A stretch of DNA of 64,000 nucleotides from Tubiluchus corallicola. Its lineage: Eukaryota; Animalia; Priapulida. Positions 1-13,073 of the stretch are shown piece after piece. Every line of letters begins with the position of its first letter. The first letter of the stretch is position 1. The stretch spans positions 62,001-126,000 of the forward strand of contig JAQGDQ010000572.1 of NCBI GenBank assembly GCA_030141605.1, given 5' to 3'. The notes beneath the pieces are model-generated. The model was not told where the DNA came from and ran no database searches. It was given only the letters and a program-made list of their open reading frames with translations. A program made the translations under genes and the position numbers.

Positions 1-262
1 ATTGGAGGCGTGTTACGGCCTTATGTGTGTCCTGGTGTTGAGAGAACTGAGCGCTAAGTGATATATACTGCAAACAATAACACGCAATCCATCTGGCAAC
101 TGTAGCCTTCAAGCAATTTACATGTAACATGCAGAAATGTGCATCAGTATAACAAAATTTGACTTTGCTACTTTACAAGCAAATCGATTCAGAAAAACTC
201 AGATTTCGGTTAGAGTATAATTAAAAGAAATATATGATACCGTTTGCGAATCTAATAAAAAA

Positions 263-610
263 TCACAACTGTTGGAAGCGGATCTCTCTTTCAAACTGTT
301 CGGCTGTCAGCTGTCCATCCAGCGTCTCAAAGTCTGGATTGAAAACGGAGTAAGCGCTCGGTCCGCCGTCGTTCGACTGAGATCCAGTTCTTGTATTCAC
401 GTATATAAAATAGAACAACGATATCACCACAAACACGGCTGCAAATTGCAACTCGATGAAAAGACCAAGAAGAATTAACCAGAAGACGACTTTCAGTAGG
501 TTTCCGCCGGTAAGAAGCCAGTCGACGTTTTTCACCGCTCGTGCCACTCGTGCATGCCTAGTATTTGGCTTCTTTTCCTGCTGCACCTCAGAGGGTTGCC
601 TCACACGAGA
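263..610 (-). CDS. SAYSD1: SAYSvFN domain-containing protein 1, last coding exon
   Basis: Translation contains a hydrophobic segment (LLKVVFWLILLGLFIELQFAAVFVVISLFYFIYVN) followed by the signature SAYSVFNPDFETLDGQLTAEQFEREI; acceptor ttttttag| at 612-611, phase 0, stop at 263. Confidence 0.92.
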   Translation of the reverse strand, partial: SRVRQPSEVQQEKKPNTRHARVARAVKNVDWLLTGGNLLKVVFWLILLGLFIELQFAAVFVVISLFYFIYVNTRTGSQSNDGGPSAYSVFNPDFETLDGQLTAEQFEREIRFQQL

Positions 611-2369
611 CTAAAAAAGCATTTATAGAGTTACTATTCCAAGCTAGTAAACAGTAGCGCAACTAAGATTACCTTGAATCTAAGTGTGCTGATTTAAACT
701 TGTGTTGCCCGATCTTTTCTGTTATAAACTGGTTTCCTTTTAAACAGGTCATGTGACCAGTCTTTTACCTGTACACTTACCTGTAGATTGGAGTAACTCA
801 GGCGTTCACACACTGCAGTGACAGATTGTTTAGTGTCATTCATTGATTTATTGTTATAATTTCATAATTACACTTATAGAAGATCACCGTGTAAGTTGAT
901 TTATTAATTTCTTAAATCTTGAACCTTTGTTTATTAAAAAGACTAGAGATTAGATTTTATAATTTGCGTAAAAGTTTGTTAAAGTTAATTAGATCAATTT
1001 GGTTTAGATTTCGCCGTAAAATTGAGCAAAATTATATAAAATTATCTTATTTGTTTTCAGATTAAACGATACAAGCTACAGAATTCTGTTGTTGGAGTTT
1101 TTTTATAAGAAGGTAGCACACTAAGTAAAATTCATCTCATTAAGAAAATTCTTATTTCATCTGTAGAGTCTTAGAAATCTTTGCAAAAGATGTTGGCTTT
1201 GATATAACAAGCAAAACCTTTGCAAAAAAGCCAAGTAGTTTTAGATTGTGCAGAATTCGACAGCGATCTAAGGCATTAACTACCTCTCACAACTGCTATA
1301 GCTGGAGAGTAGTATTAGATAATGCTACTTATGGATAGTGCTGGGATAGTTCCTTTATAATCAGGGGCACCAGATCAGGGGCACCAGGGGAACAGTGGTA
1401 GTGCGGAAGCAGAACTTTATCTTTTTGATGGAAAAATGCATGATTGTCCATGATTACCTCATAGAGTTTACAGGAACATGTAAACAGCCCAGTAATAATA
1501 AAGCCACGTCATGTACACATGCTAGTGGGTTCTCAGTATATTGACTAGTAAATAAACAGGGATGGGTCAGCTTTCCTGAAAATCGGGTCTGCGTTGGGCA
1601 AAAAACTTTATTGCGTATCGCCATAACATTGCATATCAGGCATTTGGGGTGCCTTAAACATACCCTTACATATAAGTCATATGTTCATTAGTGTGGCCAC
1701 AAAAATATATGTGAACAAAATGTGCTCTTTTCATAAATGCTGCTCCCCCCTCGTCACTGTAATTTGCTGCCTGCACCCCTGTTTATGGCGAAGTGAGAGA
1801 AGAGGATACCAATTCGGTAACCATGGCAACCGCTGCCGATCAGGCACCAACCGCGTCTGAGAGTGGTTTTTCTAGAACCGAAGCCGTTCCTACTAATTTA
1901 TTTGAGAGTTTCGGTAAGTGTTTGTGGTTTGTTAGTTTGCCTGTTAGTCCACTAAATGTTAGCTGTTTGGCATTTGTATTAAGCTATTCCTGGCAGCAAA
2001 CTTTGTGCAAGGAATTCTGCCTGCAACCTGTTGCTATAGTAACCAGAATACATAAAATTCCCGAGGTTGCCCAGTGGTTGACTTTGACTCTACTGCAGAG
2101 ACAGCAGTGTTTATCGTTTAACGCTGCCTACTATTAAATATCAACGAAAGAGAAACTGTTTTATCGCTGCCTAGTCACGAAATATTAATGAAAGAGAAAT
2201 CGCTAGCTGGGTTAGCAAGATATATAGGTGGTTTCAAGCAAACAAAAAGAAATTGATCAGTAGAAACACGAGTAAAACTCATAAAACCTTTAGTTTATAT
2301 GATTTAAGCAGCTTGATTTCTGCCTCTGGAACGTATCTCAATTCTTTTATATTACTTTCTATGGAAGTC

Positions 2370-2452
2370 TTGGTTTCGTTTAACGACGTTTCACTTAACG
2401 ATGTCGAATTTTGTTGGAACGCATTAGCGTCGCTAAGCGAGGACTTACTGTA
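2370..2452. mobile_element. Tigger/pogo-like MITE terminus
   Basis: ...cgctaagcgaggacttactg|ta terminus; related ends near 59905-59927 and 63488-63505. Confidence 0.55.
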
Positions 2453-2456
2453 CTAC

Positions 2457-2609
2457 CTTGGATTCCAGCTGATTCTTGGTGTCGTTGGAGGCGCGTACGA
2501 CATTCTGGCCAGATTTGTCTTGTTCAGAAGTAGATGATCGCGGCTGATTCGAACCATTTCTCAATAACCTTTTAGCTCGATACTCTTTCAACTGTCTTTC
2601 TACTTCCAT
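2457..2609 (-). CDS. SAYSD1: SAYSD1 first coding exon (MEVERQLKEYRAKR...ESK)
   Basis: N-terminus resembles SAYSD1 MEQRLAEFRAAR; 153 nt, phase-0 donor AAG|GTAGTA joins in frame to the exon at 610. The donor is weak, so a small middle exon cannot be excluded. Confidence 0.7.
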
Positions 2610-5600
2610 GAAATCCGCAGAACTGATTTTACTGTTAGACCTGCAAAGAACAATGTTGACTTTTTTATTCAATTCAGCACCAATAGAGCGCCCACTCAAT
2701 GTGCACGACTGTGGCAAGACTGGCACCTACGTCATTATGCAATTGCAGCATAAGGAAGCTCTAAAATACCTAAAAAAACCTAATCTCTTTCGTTTGGCTT
2801 AATTTTTTTAATTTGATCCCAAAAAATAAAATAAAACTTTGTGGACGTTATTTGTTCGGCCACCCCCCCCCCCCCCCCCGAACTCGTGCCAGGGGCGATG
2901 TAATCAGGTTTTCACATTCATTTTAAGTGAAATGGTTGGTAGGTCCATTAATGTGATTAAAAAACTTTGTATAATAAGTCATAAGCCATTTATTTCACCT
3001 TACACATTTACAATAGTTTCATGTACAATATCTAGTGAAAGGGCCTACAATGAACGTAATACAAATAAGAAATACTGCACAGGAAAAGCCTCAAACACTG
3101 TTCACATCTATAAAAATGTAAATGTGTTGCTGGCAATCAAAAAGCAGGGCTTGTTAGATTGTCCCAGACAGTGAAAGAAAAAAACGTAATGGAAATAATA
3201 TGAAAATATAAAGTGAATCGTGTGATTAAGAAAACATTTAGTGCTTAAAATGAGATGATGTAATGAATGAATCTCATATATGAGATGATATAAAAGATAG
3301 AAAGACTATTATTTGTTAATAGTATGTAAAATTAAGATGACTTGATTAAGATAACACCACTGTTTTGCCACTGTGACCATACTGTATCCACTGTGACCAT
3401 ACTGTGAAGATGGATACTGATACTTACTTAAAATTTGATTTTTTAGCATTTTTTAAATCTAGTAATTGATCTGCTATTTTTTGCGGATTGACAAATCTCA
3501 TTCCAGACTTTTGGTCCTTGAAATATTACAAAATGTTCAGCTATGTTGGTTCTATGGAAAGGCAATGACAGACATAACAGATTTGACGTTGCCACGGCCT
3601 AGAGCCTACTGGAATTCAGCCACCACACTGAAATTTTAATGGAAAAAAGCGCAAATACAACTTGCATACTATTCAGACTATGTTAGTCATAACCTAACAG
3701 TAAACGTGTTAAATTAAAGTTTAGTCAGATGTACGGGTTCATCGCTTCATGCCGTCTACATTTTTTGCTAATTTTCGCCTCAGCAACAAGTGCTACAATA
3801 CAAATATTATTCAGCTTTAGCTTTAATTCATAATACGAAATGCCTAGGATTTAATCACTGAAAACTATATCCAGAAACCCCAAAAACGTGGACTATATCT
3901 ATGGACTGCTGGTCATGCTTTTATCTTAACCATCATGGCCTGAAGGGGTTCGTTGTTAAAAGTATTTATTTTCATCTGGCAGTTGATCGACTGAAACAGA
4001 GAACAAGAGAGAGAGAGATATGGAGAAGGATAGAGAAACAGAATGATAAAGATTAATAAGCATGCGAGTAGAAATGCAAAAATGCCGACAAGCTTCGGGT
4101 TTTGCTAATTTTCATAATGTTTGCTTTTAACTGATAAAAGTTTTATGCACGTATTCGCTTTAACTGGGCAGTGCCATGACAAATTATATTTATAGACCTA
4201 ATTAGTAAATAAAATTACAAACTGCAGAAACTTAACTGTCCAGTAACTGCCATTCCTTATTTGCTTACCATAACTGTGATCACGTTGTGATATTTGTCAT
4301 GTAACAACACAATTATCTTCACATCAATAATGGACAATTCACTGTGCTCTTTGTGGATAGACATTTACAAAAAACGTGCTCTGCCTCCAATCATACTTCA
4401 AATATATTAATATAGGAGACATTCGGTGCGTAAATATTTGTCTAGAGCATTTTTGAAACTGTCGATTGTTTGTAGTTCTATGAGTATGATAGATAAATAA
4501 AGTGCGTAGATAAAATTTGGCATTAGAAAAAGCCGTGCTTTGTATCGCTCGGTATTAGCTCTGTGTGCGTAAAGTTTGAGAGAGTGACCTCTGGTGTCAG
4601 TGTGACTTAGGGTGAGGAAAGTTTCATGGTTGATGTCGGTATGTCCACGTAGAATCAGTCAACCTTGTCGTCTACGAGAAGAGTCGATGAAGTGCAAGAC
4701 TTTGTAATTTCTCAGTATATGATTTATTGTCAAGTCGACGGATCATATTCATTGCTCTCTCTGGCACTCGTTCTAGGATGTGGATGTCCTTCTTGAACTA
4801 TGGCCGGGTCCTAAATTTTACTTACATAATCTAAGTGAGATCTCACGATACATGAGATGATCTTGAGGATTTAAAACACGAAACCTTTAAAAATTCCTAT
4901 TTCCAAAAAGCACCTTTTAAAAAGCATTAACCCTGCATACTTTATCGCGTAATTATAAAAATGTCAACACTTTTGGAAGAGAAATCAGTAAAGTTTACAA
5001 AATGAACAGCAAGCTGCAATAGCAGAAACCATTAAACTAGGGAAAACAAAAAAGAAAAGGGAAGTCCTTGACGGGATCGACGGAATGCCGCAAAATCCAG
5101 GACGATAGTTTAAGAACCAAGCTGACGTGCTCAAGCATTTTTTTTCATAACATGCAGCGTCGTTCACTCATTCTCATTTATGTCTGCAAGTTAGGGGCGT
5201 ATTCTTCCAGCAATTGTGTAATCTCTTATTAAAATTTAATGACTTAATTAACATTCAACTGCATTTCATTGTGATTTGACAAGCATATTTCAGGGTATCG
5301 ATCACCTAATTTTGTTGTACTGTTCGTTATTTTGCATGATGAAACACTAACATTGTATTTTTACAGTGATGGAGAAAATAAAGATTTTATGTTCCATGTA
5401 TATTCCAGGGATTCTTCGGGGACTCATCACTGGTCATCATTAATTGATCATTGGTAGTAACTTTTCATAGTCTGCTGCCCGGAATTAGGACCTCAAGACG
5501 CCGCAAGCACCAAAAAGTTTACAGTACCAAATGTATTAATTGTATTTCAACAAAACAGGAAACCAACCTGTAAAAGGAAATTTAATCTTTTTGAAATGAA

Positions 5601-8263
5601 AAATCTTATAGTAAGATTTATTTACAGTAAATGTTAGGGGATGAGCTGTATTGCATATCGTTTGCAAAATTATAATGTGCAATCAAATTCCCCGGAACAG
5701 CATCATGTACAATAAATACACAATACACATAGACAGATTATCAGCACAACATAATGTACTGTATGCAAGCTGATGTAGACACGATCACCATCACATGATA
5801 AAATAAGTACAGTCAAAAGCAACATTATACATAAACATTTTTTTATGTATTGCCAGATTTTTATGAGTTGTATCACACTTTGTATGTATTATGACACATT
5901 ATAATATAATCAATGAATGTGATCATTATAGGCAGTGAGCAGCTCAGGCTGCTCACTAGTGCTCAGTGCTCAGTGCTCAGCAGCAGAATCTGTATACCTA
6001 TTTGTAGTGTCAAAATTGCAAACAAACACAGAAACTACCACACTTATTCGGGTATAAATTATTATTATTATTTTAGTTTTGGGTAATTGTTCGATTTTAA
6101 AAATTGTGGGACTTCTTCCCCTGAGACCTTAGGCACATTCTTATTTTGCTTAATGCTAGGTATAGTCTATTGCCTATAATGTAGATTGGCCAAGGCGTGT
6201 TTATTTGTTTGAAAAAAATTGAGAGATAGACAAAGTCAGCAAAAGAGAGAGAAAGAGAAGAGAAAGAGAGAAAAAAGACTGGGTGTGGATTGTCTGTGTA
6301 AGTGTCTGTGCAAAAGAGTCATTTCTTGATTATCAGAAAGATTGTCTGAATCTCTGTGCTTCAATCTACGATAATTGAACAATTAGGAAGTCTTCTAGCT
6401 TTTTGCTGGCAGTCAGTTGAACAAATTAAAATGCAGCAAATATAAGTGTCGCAACAATCTATTTACACCACTCGATAAACCGTACTAGATCAACCTTGTC
6501 AAATCTGTACAGATTTTTACAAAGGTGCAGTAATCACCACATAGTACTGAGACATAAAATGCTAAGCAACTTCAGCAATTGGCAAGAAGATTGTCAATAT
6601 AATAGTACTGATTGCAGGGTGCAATAATTTTAATAATGCTTTGATAATTAGAGAAAATATAATTACAGTTGAAGTGTTGAATTAGTCAAAACGTACTTTT
6701 AACATCAAATCACATTTCAATTAAGAAGCTCATTTGAGTCGAATGTGTTGGTTGCTAAATTGTGATGCAAAAGTTCTAACTGGAATAATCTTGGTAAAGT
6801 TCTATCCGTCCATCAGTCCAGTTACCTGTCTGCCTTCTATGTGAATAATATGTCAGTGTACCTTTCTATACAGGTTTCGCTTCTGCTCGTTCATCTGCAT
6901 GCCTTATGCTTTTTGTGCCCATAGTTATTCCTTTTTAATTTACTTTAATTTATTGTTAATTTTTACGTCAGTTTTAACATTGTGCAACAAATATTTAATA
7001 TAATTTATTAGCATTTTTGTAGTTAAAAGTGTCAAGCATTGCAACAGTTTCATTTACCACAGTCTCGGAGTGTGTGTTCAAATATCAAACTGTTCAATCA
7101 CATTATGTCACATTTCAAAGAACATTCATTTTTATAATTATTATGTTCATCTTTGCAAAAGTAACAGAATGCAAAATATTATTTTTTGCGAAAGAACGTC
7201 TTAATCTTTCTTTTAATTTTACAATAATTCGTAATGAAAATTATGTTAAAGTGTTTTATCTTTTTTATTTGCAGCGTGACTGTGGATGGAGCGGGCGTCT
7301 GAAGTCGTGGAAAATTCGAGAAAAATACTATAGTTTACCGAAACACAGAATGTGCTTAAAGAGCATTTCTACTGCTAGTAACATAAAGCTAATAAGAAGA
7401 AACGTAATGGAAGTTGAAAACTTGAGAGTGTAAGTGGACAGGCTTAACTATTTAATTACATAACTAATACGAAAAGAATATTTGAAATGCCAGATTTATG
7501 AATTTGTGACCTCCGAGTTTTGCAGAACACGAGGTAACTACTTTTCGGTTTTAAGTACCTTGGTATAATCATATTACTAGTACTAGTTGAAGTCACAGAA
7601 AGAGCCTCGCTTGAAAAGTTCGAAATATGGATCTATATTAGTTGTAGAATTAGATCGTCAAGGCGGACTGCTGTGAATTTCTGTAATATTAGTTATTCTT
7701 TTAATGTACTGTTAGTTACTATAAATACTGTGGAAATCTTGCCAGTGTTCGAATTGAATGTACATCTGATGCACACAGATGTAATTAATTTGCATCAGCA
7801 TTTCCACTATTTTTAGGTTATCCTTCAAATGTGCATGCATAAAGTATTGTGTACCATGCCCCTTTGCAAGACAGGCGACAGTTTTAATGTATAACGTAAA
7901 ATGTATATGCGTGGATAAGTCGCCCATCGCGTTACCTACCAGTTGCTTGCTTGTACTGTTTTCGTATGCTCAACGCCTGACTAACTAATATTTCACTAAG
8001 TCTTTGAACCAGTTTGAATAATGTGTTTGTCAGTCATTTAAGATAGGAGATGCAGCCACTCAAATACAAACAAAAGCAAAAATATGCTGTCTGTAATGCA
8101 CGATGACTGTAATATGTGCGAGTGCATGGTAAACATTACTAATTAATAAGTTTTCTAGTTTTTTCTGCGGCCGCAAGAAGGCTGTAGAGCTTTATCTCAT
8201 TGTGCATATACAGTACGTGTATTGATGCTTGTGTTTGTTTATTTGTTTACAGGGACTCCTGCA

Positions 8264-9076
8264 ATGGCCATTGCTAGTACAAGTCAAAATTTAGGACTAA
8301 CGGTTGCGCCTTTGCTCACACTCGGAGTGAGAAAGCTGGTTTACTATGTGGGCATAGATACTGAAATGGCTAGGTGTATAGATGATTTGCCGCAGCGTGT
8401 CAAGGATCGCTTGCTGCAACTAATGAGCAAGAGAGGGCTCGTTACAGACGACAATATCAAGTACTTTCTTCATGCCCGTGTTGCTCAGCTCGACTTCAGC
8501 GAGTGCGACGACATCAGCGATCTTGCTCTGACACACCTCAGCAAGTGCCAAATGATAATGAAGATAGATTTAAATTCTTCCAAGCAGAATCGTACTACGA
8601 TACGCACTGCCGGGTTGCGTTCCATTGCTCAAAACTGTCCGTATCTCCAGACCCTGTTTCTCCGCCGATGCACATCTGTGACAAACATGGGGCTCATCGA
8701 GATAGCTCAAAGGTGCCCGTATTTGGTCGAGATAAATTTAGATGGATGTGTTAAGATTACCGATGCTGTTCTTGCGTCGTTCGGCCGACGCTGCCACCAT
8801 CTGCGTAGCATAGATTTCTCTAGAACCAAAGTCACTGACGCTGGTGTCATAAATCTGGTTAGTGGACCGTGCGCTGCAACTCTCATTGAGATTCGCATGA
8901 GCAGGTGCTTGCAGTTAACGGGTGAAGCCATAGAGGTTGTTGCTAACAGCTGCCCCCGCATGGCCGTCTTTGTTTTCTACGGCTGCCCAAATATCTCGGA
9001 GGAGGCAAGAGCATCCATTGAGCAAGTGGGGAGGAGTAATCTAAACCTTCGCCAGTTGACGTGGACAGTTTACTGA
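8264..9076 (+). CDS. AMN1: AMN1 homolog, leucine-rich repeat (LRR_CC) protein, 270 aa, single coding exon
   Basis: LPQRVKDRLLQLMSKRGLVTDDNI, repeated LxxLxLxxCxxVTD LRRs, C-terminal QLTWTVY typical of AMN1; preceded by acceptor tttacag| at 8252. Confidence 0.92.
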   Translation: MAIASTSQNLGLTVAPLLTLGVRKLVYYVGIDTEMARCIDDLPQRVKDRLLQLMSKRGLVTDDNIKYFLHARVAQLDFSECDDISDLALTHLSKCQMIMKIDLNSSKQNRTTIRTAGLRSIAQNCPYLQTLFLRRCTSVTNMGLIEIAQRCPYLVEINLDGCVKITDAVLASFGRRCHHLRSIDFSRTKVTDAGVINLVSGPCAATLIEIRMSRCLQLTGEAIEVVANSCPRMAVFVFYGCPNISEEARASIEQVGRSNLNLRQLTWTVY

Positions 9077-9788
9077 TCCGCACGTTGCATTAGTACTTTT
9101 TTCCATTATGTGGTCCAATAACATCAATGCTCCTTTTGTGTGTGCGTTATGTAACTCATGTATGCCTAGAGCTTAGCTTTGCACAGAGCTTGTAGACCTT
9201 TGTTGGCCCAAGTCTGTGCATGGCGCTGTAATGGTGTTTGAGTTAATAGGCTATAGCACGCCAACTTGTTAAAATTGATCTTGTCTAGGTTAAGGACCTT
9301 TGCCTTGTTACACTTAGCGACTTATTTAAACTCAGAGTTTATTTTTATAATGCATTGTTTTTGCTTACATGTTGATTAATCATTTATAGTTTTTCACACT
9401 GTATTTAGTATACACTCACTGTACTGTCCCCATGTAAAATATTTACTGTGTTTTATGTAAAATTCGATAGGTTTGAAATAAAAGTTAGTAAATTTAAAAC
9501 TTTTTATTATATATGTTCATTGTTGGTTGTATTATAATACATGCAGCTTTGCTGTGATTTAGGCGACACATCATGAAACTAGTAAGTGTCGCAAACTTAG
9601 GTTTTTAGATTTTAATTAATAATAGTAAGTTGGTAAACTACAGTCAAACGTCGTCATACTATTCCCGTTATACCGCTCACTTGCCGCCTGCAAAATGGCT
9701 AAAAACAAAATACCTGTATTCAACTGTATACAAAAATAACCTGTTATACTGCCTTCCTGTTACCTATCACCCACCAGGCAAATTAATA

Positions 9789-10262
9789 CAGTCAACCTCG
9801 GGTATAAGGTACTCACTTATAAGGGACCACCAATACCGGTCCTGATTTTTCGTAACGTTTTTCCTATGTAAAAATCTTCGTATATAAGACACTCGGATAT
9901 AAGGGACTTCCAGTTATAAGGGACGACATCTTCAGGTCCCGCGTAATAGAAACCCAGGTAAATTACCTCACATATAAGGGACCCTATGATTAAGGCGAAA
10001 TTGATCGATTTTTAATCTCAATTTTTCGCAAACTCAGCCTTCGAACTGCTCAGTTTCTGCGGTCACATACATCCCGCATCACTGAAGGAGCTTCCTACAT
10101 ACCGTTTGCACCGAATGTGTAGCAATAATCCATAAAAATATGGGTAAAAGTTCGGGTCTAGATACACCCTCTGTCTGTCTCAAACTTCGGCTGTAAAGGA
10201 CATCAGATATAAGAAACAGTTTTTTCCGGTCTAGAGGTGTCCCTTATATCTGAGGTTGAGTG
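9789..10262 (+). mobile_element. Tigger/pogo-like MITE family A
   Basis: TA|CAGTCAACCTC...GAGGTTGAGTG|TA; inverted near-full copy at 60057-60524, partial at 41408-41770. Confidence 0.8.
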
Positions 10263-10542
10263 TATATGTGTTTAAAGGGAAAATACCATCAGCATTTCCT
10301 TGATATGACGCCAACTGTACGTAGATGCTAGGCGCTTTGCTGAGTCGTTGATAGTGCATGTTAACATGTTCTGATTTTTTGCAAGCTGTACCGTACAGTG
10401 TACAGCCATAATGATATATTATTGTCAGTACGCCATGTAGTCGTAACAGACAAGAAAACGCGGCTTTTTTGTTGCCACATTTATCAAGGGTTAGTACTCT
10501 CTTGAGATCTCCTGATAATACTAACAGTCACGAGACTTGATA

Positions 10543-11528
10543 TGCCTCAATTAGTAAACCATTACGGTTAAAGTTCAACAACAATTACTTTTAACTTAGG
10601 ACAATCATAATCACTGTGGACTATTAGCTATCACTGTTGTGATCCATTGTTGGCCTCAGTTAGTAAACCATTAAGGTTAAAGTTCAACAACAATTACTTT
10701 TTGACTTAGGACAATCATAATCATTGTGGACTATTAGCTGTTGTTGTTGTGATCTATTGTTGGCCTCAGTTAGTAAACCATTGCAGTTAAAGTTCAACAA
10801 CAATTACCTTTTGATTTAGGACAATCATAATCATTGTGGACTTTTAGCTGTTGCTGTTGTGATCTATTGTTGGCCTCAGTTAGTAAACCATTAGAGTTAA
10901 AATTCAACAACAATTACTTTTGACTTAGGACCATCATAATCACTGTGGACTATTAACTATCATTGTTGTGATCCATTGTTGGCCTCAGTTAAGTAAACCA
11001 TTGCAGTTAAAGTTCAACAACAATTACCTTTTGACTTAGGACAATCATAATCATTGTGGACTATTAGCTGTTGTTGTTGTGATCTATTGTTGGCCTCAGT
11101 TAGTAAACCATTATGGCTAAAATTCAACAACAATTACTTTTGACTTAGGACAATCATAATCATTGTGGACTTTTAGCTGTTGCTGTTGTGATCTATTGTT
11201 GGCCTCAGTTAGTAAACCATTAGAGTTAAAATTCAACAACAATTACTTTTGACTTAGGACAATCATAATCATTGTGGACTATTAGCTATCACTGTTGCGA
11301 TCCATTGTTGGCCTCAGTTAAGTAAACCATTAGGGTTAAAGTTCAACAACAATTCTTTTGACTTAGGACAATCATAATCATTGTGGACTATTAGCTGTTG
11401 CTGTTGTGATCCATTGTTGGCCTCAGTTAGTAAACCATTAGGGTTAAAATTCAACAACAATTACTTTTGACTTAGGACAATCATAATCATTGTGGACTAC
11501 TAGCTATCACTGTTGTGATCCATTGTTG
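10543..11528. repeat. Tandem array, about 110-bp unit x9
   Basis: ggcctcagttagtaaaccatt... recurs at about 10652, 10762, 10872, 10981, 11092, 11201, 11310, 11419. Confidence 0.95.
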
Positions 11529-11994
11529 AATAATTACCAGTTAACGTGGTTAAGTTGGTCAAATATTAGTTTAGCTTTTCTCATTCTCCAGGAAGAATTC
11601 TTTAAGCTTTAAGATCAGACACTCGCCGAGCAGAAGTGCGTTGACCATTTTCGTTGAGTATACATCCTGGGCCTTCCATTTGTTGAACAGGCTTGGCATT
11701 ACCTAACTTCAATCGCCAAGAATACTGAAAGCACACGGTGATCGTTCCGCAATTAAAAAAACTGTCTAAAGACAGACATAAAACGTCTAAAAACTTGCAG
11801 CTATCTTGCCAGTGTAACAGTAGCTCAACAAAGCGGTGAGTTTTTGATACTTTTGGCAGAGTTCAAACAATAGCATCTGCACACAGTACTTATATTTAAA
11901 CTGTGCTATTGACGACTAAATTTAATCCAGCATAACAGTTGTTCGGCAGACATCGGCTAAACCGCCGCGACTCGTCTGCCTCGAGGCCTCTGCT

Positions 11995-12040
11995 TGCGTA
12001 CACGTCATTGGTCACGTGATCGAGTGGTCAAGGTAAGAAA
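11995..12040 (+). promoter_or_regulatory. Putative promoter/first-exon end (CCAAT, E-box GTCACGTGA, donor AAG|GTAAGA)
   Basis: acgtcattggtcacgtgatc followed by a consensus donor; locally CpG-rich. Confidence 0.35.
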
Positions 12041-13073
12041 CCACTGATGCGTGGAACACAAAACAAGTACACATTGCTAATACGAGGATATACAGTATGC
12101 TACGTGCGTTGGCATGTTATGAATCAGTACAGTAATGCTTGTGTTTGATGGTATTAGTAATAGTAGACTGTACTCTATTATATTTACCGACTTTGTCTGA
12201 TGGTGGTACAGAACCTTTCTGATTATAATTATCATAAATTTTGACTGTGACGGTTTTTCACAGGACTCGCATTAATTATTTATAATCTTAACTTCACGAA
12301 CGTCAGATCGTGTTGGACTGATCTTCAACGAACTCACGTTTTATTTTAATTTTCGAAACTGAGCGTGATCGGCGTGAAAGAAATAAAACTCGAAACCTGC
12401 TGCTTGTGGAAAACATACTCAAACTGGGCCTGGAATAAACCAGGAAATTGTGAGGAACCAATAGCGTTGTGCTTGAATATGACAGTTTTAAATGACACTA
12501 TTGGCCAGTAACGGTTTGGAAAAAATATTGCAGCTATTTTTGATAATTTGGCTAGCTTACTTTTCACTTTATTTAATTTGTTTTTTACAGATCAAGTTGC
12601 TAAGTAAAATAGTAATAATGTAACTTCACTACTATTCATGAGTGAAATAGCTACAGTGTCATCCCAATAATCACCTACATCCATTGAAGGATGGCTTGAC
12701 TAATTGACCTTCTTGGTCTTTCGCCATCCTATTTCCATTGTAATAATTAAATACATTTACTTGCCTCAGTTATATCATGAATATGGAAATAAATGCACAT
12801 TTTGAATTGATAATGTTCTTATATTCACTAAGTTCACACGTTTTTTTTTCTTTCATTTCAGCCTCGTCAGCCTTTGTGAACTGATGAATCGGAATATTTG
12901 GTGAACGAATCAAATACCAGAATCTCATATTTATGAATTTCAAATCGAAGAATTGAAAGTAAGTATTCTGCTGTGCGTGGTTATATTAACAATCCATGTA
13001 AGTAGAATTACAGTTACTATTAGCTCCAGCGAAAAATGTGTTGAGCAAAACAGATTTTATTCATTTTTGTTAA

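Noticed and set aside
1793-2137. 114-aa plus-strand ORF within the SAYSD1 intron
   Set aside because: Non-ATG start and no recognisable homology; a donor-like CG|GTAAGT at about 1914 could mark an antisense exon but is unsupported.
10543-11528. CRISPR-like array (also considered for the other arrays)
   Set aside because: No unique spacers, eukaryotic context, no cas genes.
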